NCBI GenBank assembly: GCA_050575255.1
Contig: JBNZDD010013726.1
Location: forward strand, 7,888,236 to 7,952,235
DNA: 64,000 nucleotides
Direction: 5' to 3'
From: Harriotta raleighana
Lineage: Eukaryota
A program made the translations under genes and the position numbers. Every line of letters begins with the position of its first letter. Positions within the stretch are counted from its first letter, which is position 1. Below the pieces are notes generated by a model. It saw nothing but the letters and a program-made list of their open reading frames with translations. It was not told the origin of the DNA and made no database searches. Shown piece after piece: positions 1 to 59,977 of this stretch.

Positions 1-202
1 AATTGTTACACAAATCTTTTCACTGGTATACTGAGCAATAACACACAAGCAATAAGTGCTCATTAGTTAAGTTAATGAACCTTAACCCTACAATTATTTG
101 CTGGTAACAATAGAATGCATATTAATTTGACAGAGAATAGCTAGTTACAGCAGACTTGACAGAAATCCATGAACCCAAACCTGATCTGAGCAGTTCGGTT
201 GA

Positions 203-47442
<47,240 letters not shown>

Positions 47443-49139
47443 ATTACATATGCATCACGTAGATATTTCAATGGACTTCACTCCATAGATTTTACCCATT
47501 TTGCCTCAACTATAGAATAATACAGTTAGTTGCCTAAAATAATTTTAAATTTGATACAGTATCAATTTCCAGGCATTAAGTTTTACAAGTTGGATTGAAA
47601 GGTATTTGGTGACATCTATGTGGTGAAATTCAACGAGTTTGTATAGTTAACTAATCTTAATAATGTAGTGTGTATAATGCATGTCGCTATGCTAGATAAC
47701 TTTACTAATGAGTGAATTTTAGAGCCCTAAGGGGGTGTGGATTGGATTTCAAATCTGTCAGTAATATCCCAAGACATTCTGAAATAGAATTTGACTTGAT
47801 GGGTAGGTTCATATTGCAATGCAAGGATTTTTTTTTCGTGCATTGTATTAAAAAGTGTTAAGTGCTTCAACATCGCTGCAAGCATTCAAAATCAACTTTT
47901 TGTTTAAGGTGACAGTAACAATCAAGCCAAACATAGCATAGGTTTAAAACTACCATTAATTCTATACAAATATTCAATACCACTTTGTGAGTATAACATT
48001 TGATTGTGTGTTAAGTAATGTAAGCAAGTGAGGCTTGGCCAATTTGCGTGCAAATAGTGTAGAAGTTAAGCGACAGAACTCAAAACAAAGTACGTTGTTT
48101 GGAAATGTTTTCTATTGCCTTAATTTGGTATATTTTCTGTAGTTCTCTAAAATATTGGTATATATTTACAAGAAAAACATCAATGACCAGTAAATTAGAT
48201 ATATAATCTGAACTTTCACTTCCAGGTGTAAAAAATGTGATATGAAAGATGATATATATCACCATGATAATAGTCATTTTATTGCATTTTCATCACATAA
48301 TAATTACAATCTTATAGGTAATCAATTATTGTTATCCCAAAATAATGCAATTCTGCTGTGTCTAATGCAAAGTAAAATCACTTTAATGGAGCTATTTTTA
48401 ATGGAATTCCAGGATACAACCAGTTTTGACAAATAGAGATGGATACATAATTTTTTTTTACACTCTAGGTCGAAGTCACTATTAAGTAAGCGATGGTAAA
48501 AACAACAACAACTTCCATTGATATAGTGCTGGCGAGGTAGTACTGTATTGTATGCCAGAGTGCTGGAATCCACAGCAGAGGCCAATCGGGAACAATGTTC
48601 CTCTCATCATGTTCCATCTGTTCTGCACAGTGACTGACTGTGTTAAATGTTACAGCTATGGGAGGCATTGAGTCACATAATGATTAGCATTGTTATTATC
48701 TTGTGAAGTTTCCCATAGGAGTTCAACAGAAGAAAGTATGCATTCTCTTTACATTTATTTAACACAATATAAATCAACCTTCTCAAATAATTGTCACAAG
48801 TGCAGAAATTTCAGCTTGAACTGTTTGTTCATTGCACTTGAACTCAATGGCTTTCCCATTTCATTAAATTGTTGGTAGTCGGTCTAACTCATTATTAAAT
48901 AAGCAAAATCCAGATTTGAATGCAATGAATTTCTAATGAGTGAAATGTTGCATGGAAAACCAGGCTTAATTACATGTACTGCAAAGTTGTGGTTTTCTCT
49001 CTATTAAACTAGTAGAATTGTATAATTCATAAATATTTGAGTGTTATTATTTATCTCGGCATTTCTTTTTGTCAATACTGTACTTGGTAATAAGTCTTTT
49101 AAGGCAAATTAACTTTGAGATCTGTGGTAATAATAATTA

Positions 49140-49620
49140 GGCAAGGGCATTGGGGGAGGAGGTGGATTGGAAGCACAGTGGAAGAGGAGGGCTTTGAGGT
49201 GGGTCTTGAAGGAGGCAGGGGATGGGGGTGAGGCCTGGGGACTCCTGGATGGAGTTCTAGAGGGTGGGGGCAGAGTGGCTGAAGATGCACTCGCTAATGG
49301 TGGGGCGGTTGAGGCAGAGGATATTAAGCAGGCCAGAACCAATTGAGCAGAGGGAGCGGGCAGGTTGGTAGGGGTTTAGGAAGTCGCAGAGATAGGGGGA
49401 TGCGAGGCCATGGGGGGGCCTTTGAAGGTGAGGACCAGGATTTTGAACCTAAACTTTGTGTGATAGAAAGTCAGTGTAGTCAGGTCAGCATGGGGTTATT
49501 GGGTCATGGAGCCTAATGCGGGAGAGGACACAAGCTGCAGAGTTCTGGACGATCTGCAATCTGTGGAGGGAGGAATTGAAACACCTGACCTGAAGCACCC
49601 CACGTTGAGAAAACATAAGG
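49140..49620 (-). mobile_element. L2 ORF2 C-terminal fragment, antisense, in the putative DNTT 3' UTR
   Basis: ORFs 49485..49685(-) (SSLHRLQIVQNSAACVLSRIRLHDPITP) and 49109..49342(-) (SFKTHLKALLF). Confidence 0.88.
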
Positions 49621-49923
49621 GAAGAGTTAATCGGTTCGTCAACCATTCCATAGAAAGGAAACATTAAATTCCACTGTCTTTTCAATTTGAGACTGAATTG
49701 TTCAAATATTCTGAGAGGATGTTACATGATCTTTAGTGCGCTCAGCCAACTGAATGATGAAGAGACTTAAGCTTTGTGAGTCTATCCCATGCTCCATATC
49801 AGGTCATTGTAAGCAAATGATTGTAGATGCATTTTATTTGTAGTTTGCTGACATAAACTCTTTCTTCTTTCTAGTTTTGTAATCTGAACAATTTTGCTTA
49901 TTTATGTATGAAATTACTGAAGC

Positions 49924-49929
49924 AATAAA
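49924..49929 (+). terminator. Candidate DNTT polyadenylation signal (AATAAA)
   Basis: First AATAAA I found after the stop codon, followed about 20 nt later by a GT/T-rich tract (ttcctgttgtctttgttt). An earlier ATTAAA at 47847-47852 is an alternative. Confidence 0.5.
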
Positions 49930-50254
49930 AAAAGAAAATAATATTTCCTGTTGTCTTTGTTTAGCTGCTCCCTAATTGAGTTATTTGGCAGAGCTGCTCA
50001 GAACTGTGCTAGTTATGGAAATTCATCTTTATTTATATGCATGTATCTGACAAAATCCTCTTTCAAATCAAGAAACAGTAAAAAAAAGTTGCTTCGCTCA
50101 ACAAAATGAACATCAATGAGTTTGAGTCTTGCACTGTATAAGATAAATAAGATATGTATTCCCTGAACTATATACAATAGATTACATCTCTGGAAAGAAA
50201 ACTCACTAAGCACCTTTTAGATATTTCGCCCACAAATATACAGTCAATTTTACC

Positions 50255-50392
50255 TACTTTCCTTCCCCCTCCTGCTCCTCCCCCCCACCTCCCCCCACCC
50301 TGCTCTGATCGCTACTTGACTATACAGCGCCTTGGGATGTCCTCCCGATGTGAAAGGCGATAGGTAAATGTAAACTTGATTGATTGATTGAT
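50255..50392 (+). mobile_element. L2 3' UTR and tail fragment
   Basis: C-rich tract, then cagcgccttgggatgtcctcccgatgtgaaaggcg and (ttga)n. Confidence 0.7.
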
Positions 50393-50909
50393 TACTCAAC
50401 AATTACTTAATACTAAGGGCACTAAGATCTTAGTATCATTAATTGAAAATGAAGATAAGCAGTTATTTTGCGCTTTAGTTTAGAAGTTTCCCAAGTTCGT
50501 CGACTGAATCAGAGAAAATGTAAGAGGATTTTAATTGATTTGAAAATTATGATGGTCCTGCAACACTTGAGTTTGTGTTTGCGGCAGAATAATGCCTTTC
50601 TATAAGAGAAGGCATAACTGAGTACATTTTTTTTTAACATTGTGTAAATGTGAGAAAATTATCTGAATTTCTAATATGCTTCCTTATTTGTGTAATTGCA
50701 TTGACTGAGGGATATTTTAATGTTGTTTTCCTTCTGTGCAACTACATGCTCCATTGGAAACCCCGCTTAACTATATTAAGACAATGATGTTACACTTGTG
50801 TTTCATTTGCATCCTTATTCTAAAATTTCCATGTCAATCAAATAATGCTTGAGTATAAATAATGCTTTCTCCCACGAAATACACATTTGATCCACTTTAG
50901 GTGACCCCA

Positions 50910-51338
50910 TGTGGAGTCGTGTAGCTTAGTGCTTAGAGCACTCACCTCGCAAGTGAGAGGACTTGTATTCGATTCCCAAGCTGGGTGAAACGTTGGGCAA
51001 CTTTCCTTACTCCACATGTCTCTGTTTACCTAGCAGTAAGTTATGAACCCATTGTTAGTCGATTGACGGATTGCTTTTCTGGAGGTAAAAAATATTGATC
51101 ACTCAATACATTACTGTTTGTGGGTTTGGTAACTCAATCCANCCCTTTTTTAAAAAAATATTGATCACTCAATACATTACTGTTTGTGGGTTTGGTAACT
51201 CAATCCATGCAATTGGCTGTGGCATTTCTCCCACAAAATATACAGTTCATTCTCTTTACAGTATATTCTGTGAAGCACTTGGAGATGTCTTGAAGACATG
51301 ATAAGGCACTATATCAAATGCAAGGATTATTATTATCC
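50910..51338 (+). mobile_element. Full-length tRNA-derived SINE (long variant)
   Basis: gtggagtcgtgtagcttagtgcttagagcactcacctcgcaag..ttcgattccc head, CORE-like segment, body and tail; includes an N junction at 51142. Confidence 0.88.
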
Positions 51339-52392
51339 TGTAAAGTGCTTCGGCCATTTTGATGATGTGATAAGATGCTATATCAAATGCAAGGATTGTT
51401 ATCTTCATTAACCAACATTAGTGTTAAATGCAGTTTTGTGGCAAGCTTACCAGACATAGGCTGGGTAAATATAACTGCAGTTATGGAATGCCGAAAACTG
51501 AAATTTAAAATGTAAATGCTTTGCAAATGTAGCAGACTGAAGATTTAACCAAATGCCAGATTGGTATAGTTTTGAGTCTGTCTTTTTTTAGTGAGGTTGG
51601 TATAAAATTGAATAAAATTTGAATTTACGCAGGGCAATTAACCACACATCATTTACATTTTGGAAATAATTGGTTTCCATTGAAATTATTACTGTGCGGA
51701 TGTTAGTTTAGGGAATGGAACTGTTTCTACTCCTCCCCACCTAATCAGTATTAAACACTCATTAGTATAGATGCAGAGCTTCCATTACTCAGTCCAACAG
51801 TGTATCTCAAACTAAATGTTGGTAGAGCATCCATTACTGACAAGGCTATGAACTGTTATAGAGATGATAATTTAGTACTGAATTCTGGCCCTGCAACTAA
51901 TGCTTTTCATTATACTCAATCCATGAAATAATGGTGCATAACGTGGAATACAGAGTCAGTAATCAATTAGGAATTTCAATGAAGACAAAATTAGCTTGGT
52001 AGAATGACAAAATAAATGCTCTTCTATTGTGTGCTATTCTGTTTAAAAACAGTGAATTATTTTCTCATGCTGATATTGCCTGAGGCTCGACAATGTGAAT
52101 ACATTAGGCGAGTTGTAAGAAAATATTTCAAAGCGATTTGCATACGCACTTAATTTGCCTTAATTTCCATTTGTGCTTAAGGCACAGGTTCTAGTTTTAT
52201 TTAGGTGACTTTGCTGTTAGGCAAATAAAGAATGAGACTGTGCAATTAGGTTAGATTATACTAACAATATTTAACTGTTTTGTAGCCATTCTGGTTCCAG
52301 GAGTTAATAATAGTTAATAATCCTTGCATTTTGTATAGCACCTTTCTAATCAGGAAAATGTCTCACAGTGCTTCACAGAAAATACTTTAAAA

Positions 52393-52690
52393 TAATAATA
52401 ATAATCCTTGCATTTGATATAGCACTTTTCACATCTTCTAGACATCTCAAAGTGCTTCGCGGAATATTTGGTAAAGTGAATTTGACTGTATGTTTGTGGG
52501 CGAATTGCGCACAGCAGTGTCCCACAAACAGTCGTGGATTGAAATGACCAATTCATTATTTCTTTTTGAGGGACTACTATCAGGAATGTGGAGTAAGGAA
52601 ACTCGCCCAAGGTTTTGCCCTACTTGGAATCCAATCCAGGTTCACTCACTTGTAAGGCGAGTGCTCTAACCAATGAGTTATAGGACTCCA
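52393..52690 (-). mobile_element. Full-length tRNA-derived SINE (short variant), with an extra SINE tail at about 52305-52385
   Basis: Colinear with the copies at 6874-7181 and 8474-8780. Confidence 0.9.
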
Positions 52691-52891
52691 CAATATAGTG
52701 ACTGTAGATTTGTAGGTGACAAATGCAAATGTGCGAGCCCCTGCTAAGTGGATAGTAGGTTATCATACAATTCTGGTGTGCAATTTAAAAAATGTAACTT
52801 CTCCATTTATATCATGCTACACTTTGCCTGGTAGTGCTTAATGGTTGAGCATCAAACATGCTTCATCTTAATACAAGACATCCTTTCTGCA

Positions 52892-52930
52892 TCTCTCTCT
52901 CACACACACAACACACACACACACACACAC
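52892..52930. repeat. (TC)n(CA)n microsatellite
   Basis: Read directly from the sequence. Confidence 0.9.
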
Positions 52931-55900
52931 GTTAAAGTTAGTCAAATTTAGTTCAAGCGTTTTCATGAATCCCTCCAAAAGATGAACTGCGGGCTGTGCA
53001 AATACTGCAAGGAAATGACTGTAATGGCTGTCAGCAAAGTACTTTCATAACATCAGAATCATTCCATAATGCATTAAAAAAACTTAATGCTTTGAGATGG
53101 ATTTAAAATTGAACTAGTTTATCTCTCTGAAAATGTTATAGCACATATAATCTCTTTATCACATTAGTTTTAACCTTTAGTTTACCAAAGATGACCTTAT
53201 GGGTACAGAAAATCTCAGCAGACTAAAAAGTGGGAGTTACAAATGAGTTGATATGATTATGGCTGTGGATTGATCTGTCACTTCTATGATTCAGTCTTCA
53301 CTATCTGGCCTTTTCATTGGTTGTAAAATCATTTAAAAGTCAATGAATAAGAGGTTAACAATTGTAAAGTACAAACTATGTGTATATTTATCCTTCTATC
53401 CTGATTGTTCTAAGATGAAGTTGATGCATGTAAATGAAATAAATCTAAACAACTAAAGAATGAGTTGATTTTGTTTGAGAATTATTTGTTATATCTGTAA
53501 AAATATTTGAATTATGCATTTTAAAATTATACTTGCAGCTGATTTTTGATAAAAGAGAACAGTTTATTCAGGCTGACAAAGCATATTAGGTATATTGAAG
53601 ATATGATGTGTTAGTTATTTTACATTAATTTAATAGTTCATTAGGAAGGAAGGCAATTTCGGAAACCCACATGTCACATAATCAGAAACTGTTCTATCAG
53701 AAATTTAATGGTCCTGTTCATTTGTTAGTTTAGATAAGAAAGCTTATTAACAATGCCAATGCTAGCAAACTAATTTTCCCCCTGCTATTTTTGTTACAAG
53801 TCCCTCAATACGGATTTCTTTGTCCAGTGTAACAGAAGAAATGATCTTCTAAGTAAGACTTCAGGGCTCATTATTTCAAAATCCTGCTGCTTTCATACAG
53901 GATTCACTTCGAGTGGCAGACTGGCTTCCTGAAAGACTTTGGATTCTGATGCTAAATAAAGCCGCGGATTCATGAGGTAATCCCGAGCCAATCAATGGGG
54001 CACTTAGGAAATGTCCTGGATTCCTGAAAAGCCAGTCCACCACTGTTCATTTCAATTTTCTTGATAGATCCTCATGGGTGATTTCATGGATCCAATATTA
54101 TGCACAGTGGAAATATTTATTTGAATCAAAGGTTAGTTTAGAAATTCCACTGAAATGCAAATCAAGCAAGTCTATTGAGCACATTTCCCTATCCACAAAC
54201 GTATTTTTTATCATCATTCAGGAGCATATATTGTCAGATGATAACACCATATGTTCAAGAGTTAAAATGCTGGTTCCCACATGGGGCTGATAACTGAGCT
54301 TCAGCCTTGGGAAATTCCTTGCTCTTGTATGATTACTAGGTGCCATGGGATGTCCTCCCGACGTGAAAGGTGCTATACAAATGTAATTTTGCACTGGATT
54401 GTATCGTGACCTGATTTAGCTGCCTAACTGCCCTGTCTGTATTTTCTAAGTGCTAGTGTGATTGACTGCTCCACTTCCTTCATGGTAGTAAAGATATTTA
54501 CATCACAAAACTGAGCAGAATTGAACTGGCATAAAACCATCTGTCTCCCCCCCCCCCCTCCCCACACACCCTAAACCTGGCATTAAATATACCGATGATT
54601 TTGTATTGGAATTTTTTTGCACCTCCTTATTTCTTACAGCAATTTTTGTTTCAAAGTGATGTTCTGTTGTAAATGTCAAATGCATTGAATTAAGAGTTAA
54701 TAATGTTCTGGATGCAGAGAATGAGACAAATCAACACAGCTTTGATGTGTTGTGTATGCGTATATGCATCTGCATGACAATATGGTTAATGTCTTTGCAG
54801 TTAAAAAGGTTTTCACATCCATTACCTTGGTCTGTGATTATTCTGTTAAATTACTAAAACTATGTAAGTGGATGGATAAATAATGCTGTGCAACAGAAGC
54901 TATTGTCCCAAATAGAATTGATGCAGGTCATAAACTGACACCCTCTCAGTTAAACATTGAACAAGAGAAATTACTTCTATCAGCATAATGCTGTGCATGA
55001 TTAATGCTGTACATCAGTCCTGCCTACCAGCTGCTGGCCCTGATAATATTGGAATTTCCATTATATAGCAATCTTAATTAACTTTCAAACCATTTCTCTT
55101 GAAAATTAACCCATTGCCATATTGGGCAGCATCCAAAAGATGGGATTTTTGTTATGTGAACTTTGCAAGAGAAAACCATTGTTGTGCTTTTTAGGGTGGA
55201 TTACTGAACAGCTTCCTTGTAAGGATATCAAGCCATTTTAGGGTTTCAGCCTGCCAGAATACCAGAATCAATTAATAATATAAATTTTCCTCATGAGGAA
55301 ATGGCTAATGGCAAGTAGTGTTTACAGAATGTCAATTATAAGCCATATCACCATACAAGCAATATCGCAATTATACAGTCAAAGTGTTACATTGCAGCTT
55401 GTGAAAGTGATGTCATGTAATGACTTTCAAAAGCACTATCCCAAAGGCATTGGATTTCTGGTTACCATAATTCAGCCTTTAAAATAGTTAAATCATCTCC
55501 CTTCGATACTCTTTCTCTGAATAACTAAGATAAACTAAGCTAAGAATACCAAATCAGGAATGTCTTATATTTAATCTCAATTTTGCGCTGAGTTTGATGG
55601 TCTCATGGTATCTAATGCCATAATATTTTCAATAACTATCACAGCACCATTAAGGATTGTATTTATATTTGAAATAACGTGTCAAGTGAATCCCAGGTCA
55701 GAATAGAAAGAGAAAGTTCCACTCAGATCAAAGAACAAGGTAAATAGCAGAGCAGAAAATGTTCCTTACATGATTTCCTTTCATGATTCATGAAGGGGAA
55801 CAAACCAGCCTGCTTCATAGTTACGTAAAAGTTAACCTATTTTAACCATTATGAAACTGATAACTGATAACGGAGTGTTGTCATTTGCACATACAGTAGG

Positions 55901-55984
55901 TTCATACAAAATTATTGAAAGCTGGTGGGTACACTGCCAGAAAACAATTCATTATGTTAAGTTCTCCTACAAAGGAATACATTT

Positions 55985-56315
55985 CAATAACATTTACAGT
56001 CAATTCACTTCACAGTATAAACTAAAATGCTTTGAGACATCTCAAAGTCATGATAATTGTGCACAGCCAATTGTCTACAGCAGTTTCCCACAAACAGTTG
56101 TGATTGAGTGAAACAAAATATCTTATTTTTTAACGGATGAATGCCAACAGAAAAGTGATCCACCCATCGACTAACAACCCATTTCCTTGTTACTGCTGGA
56201 CAAACAGAAGCATCTGGAGTAAGGAAACTTGCCCAACGTTTAGGCCTTCCCGGTAATCGAACCAAGATCCTCTCACTTGCAAGGCGAGTGACCTAACCAC
56301 TAAACTACAGGATTC
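55985..56315 (-). mobile_element. tRNA-derived SINE (long variant)
   Basis: Reverse strand reads cctgtagtttagtggttaggtcactcgccttgcaag..ttggttcgattacc..cgttgggcaagtttccttactccagatgcttctgtttgtccagcagtaa. Confidence 0.82.
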
Positions 56316-57024
56316 TGGCAAAGGAGAAAATTGTATCTGAAAGTTTTCCATGAAGATCTCTGATCAGGTCTCCGAAGAGGGCCTCACTCTATTCATATTA
56401 AACAAGCGGTGTCTGAGATTACTGCCAGGAATCTGCAGGGAATGGTGGGATCTTCTTCTAAGTGAGAGTTGGTCAGGTTGTTATTCAATAGAAGTGAAAC
56501 TAGCAGTTATACCATTATGTTAATTTACCCATTCAACAGGAAGTAAGCAGGTTGTCTGGAATTCATTGCTCTATTCATTTGAAAAAAAAGCTCCGGGTGG
56601 TCGGGAATAATAATCAGTTTAAGAGCATGTAGCCATATTCAAACAAACCATTTACATTCATGTTCCTTCAAATTCTTTTGATATTTTGGTGTCATTGTAA
56701 GAACGATCATGTTCAAAGAATGAAATTTTAGGATTTGAGGAGTAAAAAGAGGCCATCATTTGACAGTCCAAGGGTGAACAATCTCACCATTGGGATAAGA
56801 ATGTACAAATCGCTGTGGGCTAATTTTTACAAACCTTATGTGAGAACATTTGATGATAAGTTTGTTTGTCTGATCTCTCCTGACATTTCAATCCAACAAG
56901 CTGTTGCCTCTCGTTATCTCTGCCATGGCATTCTGAAGAGGAAGGAATGAGAAAGATTTTGTTAGTTTTTCTTCCACCCCATTTAATTAGCATTCTTTTC
57001 TATAGTTTGTGTCTCATTGTACGT

Positions 57025-58145
57025 ATCATAGATTCATAGATTCATAGAAGTTTANNNNNNNNNNNNNNNNNNNNNNNNNNNNNNNNNNNNNNNNNNNNNN
57101 NNNNNNNNNNNNNNNNNNNNNNNNNNNNNNNNNNNNNNNNNNNNNNNNNNNNNNNNNNNNNNNNNNNNNNNNNNNNNNNNNNNNNNNNNNNNNNNNNNNN
57201 NNNNNNNNNNNNNNNNNNNNNNNNNNNNNNNNNNNNNNNNNNNNNNNNNNNNNNNNNNNNNNNNNNNNNNNNNNNNNNNNNNNNNNNNNNNNNNNNNNNN
57301 NNNNNNNNNNNNNNNNNNNNNNNNNNNNNNNNNNNNNNNNNNNNNNNNNNNNNNNNNNNNNNNNNNNNNNNNNNNNNNNNNNNNNNNNNNNNNNNNNNNN
57401 NNNNNNNNNNNNNNNNNNNNNNNNNNNNNNNNNNNNNNNNNNNNNNNNNNNNNNNNNNNNNNNNNNNNNNNNNNNNNNNNNNNNNNNNNNNNNNNNNNNN
57501 NNNNNNNNNNNNNNNNNNNNNNNNNNNNNNNNNNNNNNNNNNNNNNNNNNNNNNNNNNNNNNNNNNNNNNNNNNNNNNNNNNNNNNNNNNNNNNNNNNNN
57601 NNNNNNNNNNNNNNNNNNNNNNNNNNNNNNNNNNNNNNNNNNNNNNNNNNNNNNNNNNNNNNNNNNNNNNNNNNNNNNNNNNNNNNNNNNNNNNNNNNNN
57701 NNNNNNNNNNNNNNNNNNNNNNNNNNNNNNNNNNNNNNNNNNNNNNNNNNNNNNNNNNNNNNNNNNNNNNNNNNNNNNNNNNNNNNNNNNNNNNNNNNNN
57801 NNNNNNNNNNNNNNNNNNNNNNNNNNNNNNNNNNNNNNNNNNNNNNNNNNNNNNNNNNNNNNNNNNNNNNNNNNNNNNNNNNNNNNNNNNNNNNNNNNNN
57901 NNNNNNNNNNNNNNNNNNNNNNNNNNNNNNNNNNNTATCTTTCTAAGTGAAGATCTATCTTGTCCCTGATTATGGACTCTAGAAGTTTGCCCACTACCGA
58001 AGTTAGACTGACTGGTCTGTAGTTACCAGGCTTGTCCTTCTGCCCCTTTTTATACAAGGGAGTAATATTAGCCACCCTCCAGTCCTCTGGCACGACCCCT
58101 GTGTCCAAGGAAGATTGAAAGATCGTGGCCAGAGTCTCTGCAGAG
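57025..58145 (-). mobile_element. CR1 LINE, 5'-truncated, interior lost in an assembly gap
   Basis: 57936-58141(-) encodes AETLATIFQSSLDTGVVPEDWRVANITPLYKKGQKDKPGNYRPVSLTSVVGKLLESIIRD (start of the CR1 RT). A (CTATGAAT)n tail lies at 57025-57050. Confidence 0.93.
57055..57935. other. Assembly gap (881 N)
   Basis: Run of N read directly. Confidence 1.
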
Positions 58146-58399
58146 TCTCATGTAATATTGTTGCAAAGCAGATCCCTTTTTTTTCAAGAAAGGATTTAAT
58201 CAACATTTCTTATTTTTGAACTACATATTGGGAACTGTTCACAGGCATTTTCTCAGGCTGAATCCTGCCTAGTTAGTTTTTATCCATTCCCGTTGAGATG
58301 CATCAGGAAGCTAATTAATCATGCTTGAAATAGACAGATCTCTTAGAATTCCAACTATGAATATCAAAGTAGTAATAGACAGTCAAATTCTATGATAAT

Positions 58400-58545
58400 A
58401 TAAATATTTGAAGAGGAACAATATAAAAGACTACAGGGAAACGATGGGGAATTGGGATTAAAATGGAGAGCTCCAGTGGGGGAAATTGCAGCAGAATAGA
58501 TTTAATGGGCCAAATGGCCTCCTTCTAAAATTTCTATGATTCAGA
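58400..58545 (+). mobile_element. Old CR1 3' end
   Basis: gactacaggga..tgggatta..aatgggccaaatggcctccttct..ttctatgattc. Confidence 0.7.
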
Positions 58546-59924
58546 TAAAACAGACTTGAGCAAATTCCTCATTATATCCTAATATGTGAAGCTTGTTATC
58601 AATATTACATTGTGCTTGTAATAATATATTCAGGTCTAGTTATTTTGTTTCAGTTTAACTTATCATCAAGGTATGAAAGCAATTTAGTTTTGTTTGTCAC
58701 CAATGCAGTATACAAGCCGGAGTCAAAATAAATATAAGCACGTGGTTTACTCATTCTGTTACTCAAAAGTTAGATCCTGGAGTTTTAAATGTATTTCCTA
58801 ACTCCTAATGGATAAATAACACGAGGCTTCTATTCACGTCTATGATCCTCAGCAAACCAATTTCACCTGTTCTGAGCCAGTTCGAACTACCAACTGAAGA
58901 CTCTTGCTGATTGGAACGCCGTAGTTTCCTTTCGCCTCAACTAAGGCTTGCCTCACAGCATTGTTGGCAGAGGGTCACAGAAACAATCATTCCTCACCTC
59001 CTTTATTCCAAGCTACAAGCTGAAGTCGATCAAAAATATAAATGGGCTCCAGTGACCCCCAGCTCATGGCTAGCAATTCTTTGATTTGAGTTAAAATTGA
59101 CTTCACAGTTCAACAACTTAATATATATTTTGTTATGCCTCTGGTGGAAAGGTCGCACCTTGAGGAACTGCTGTTGATTGAAAACACATTACTCTGTGAC
59201 ACTGATGGTGCAACTGATGGTTGTAAGGTTACCATTATTTCTATTGATTTTTAAATGAGTGTGGACATTCGTTGAGGCTTGTATTTGTGTAACATTTGTA
59301 TATTCTTCATGAATGATCTGCATGTCAGGTACAATTGAAGAAATGGCATTATTCACTCTTTGCTTTTATTCAGCCAACAATTAAGTTCAGTGGCATTCTG
59401 TAAAAAAAAGAAGATACAGTATTTTGATAAATACCCAGTATGATTACTAATGTAATTCAGTCCAATATACAATTTTTTTCTGTACTTTTCACTTATACGT
59501 TTGCTCAAATGCTGTCTTTAACAGATCATCCTGTACTCTGATCCTATATGTCATTAAAACAGTTTTGAAGTGTGTATATTTGTGTTTGTATATTTGAAGT
59601 GTGTATTTTTTCAAACTATTGATGTTCAGAAGTTCTATAAGCAAGATTGACGAGGTTGGATATTGTTCTCTTGATAATAATAATCATCATTATTATTATT
59701 TTGATAACAATAATTTGCTATTTACTAAGTGGTTTGAATCATTGAGTGCTTTAACCATCACTAAGTGATGGACCTGGTTAATCTCACTAACTCAGTAGTC
59801 AATCAGCTGCTCACATGCCTGACTATGATCACTTGCTGTTCAGTTCTAGTTCAGTTCCAGGCCCACCTTGGAGTACTTGAGAGGAAACGTATCACCTCCA
59901 AAACAAAATGTAAACCATCATTAA

Positions 59925-59977
59925 TTCTTTAAATGTTTGTTTCCTGTAAAGTTCTTTAAATGTTTGTTTCCTGTAAA
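59925..59977. repeat. 26-bp direct tandem duplication (27-bp period)
   Basis: ttctttaaatgtttgtttcctgtaaa at 59925-59950 and 59952-59977. Confidence 0.9.

Noticed and set aside
51088-51207. ~55-bp duplication inside a SINE
   Set aside because: Junction at the N at 51142; likely artefact.
57026-58108. 360-aa ORF
   Set aside because: Mostly X from the N gap. The real part is CR1 reverse transcriptase, not a host gene.
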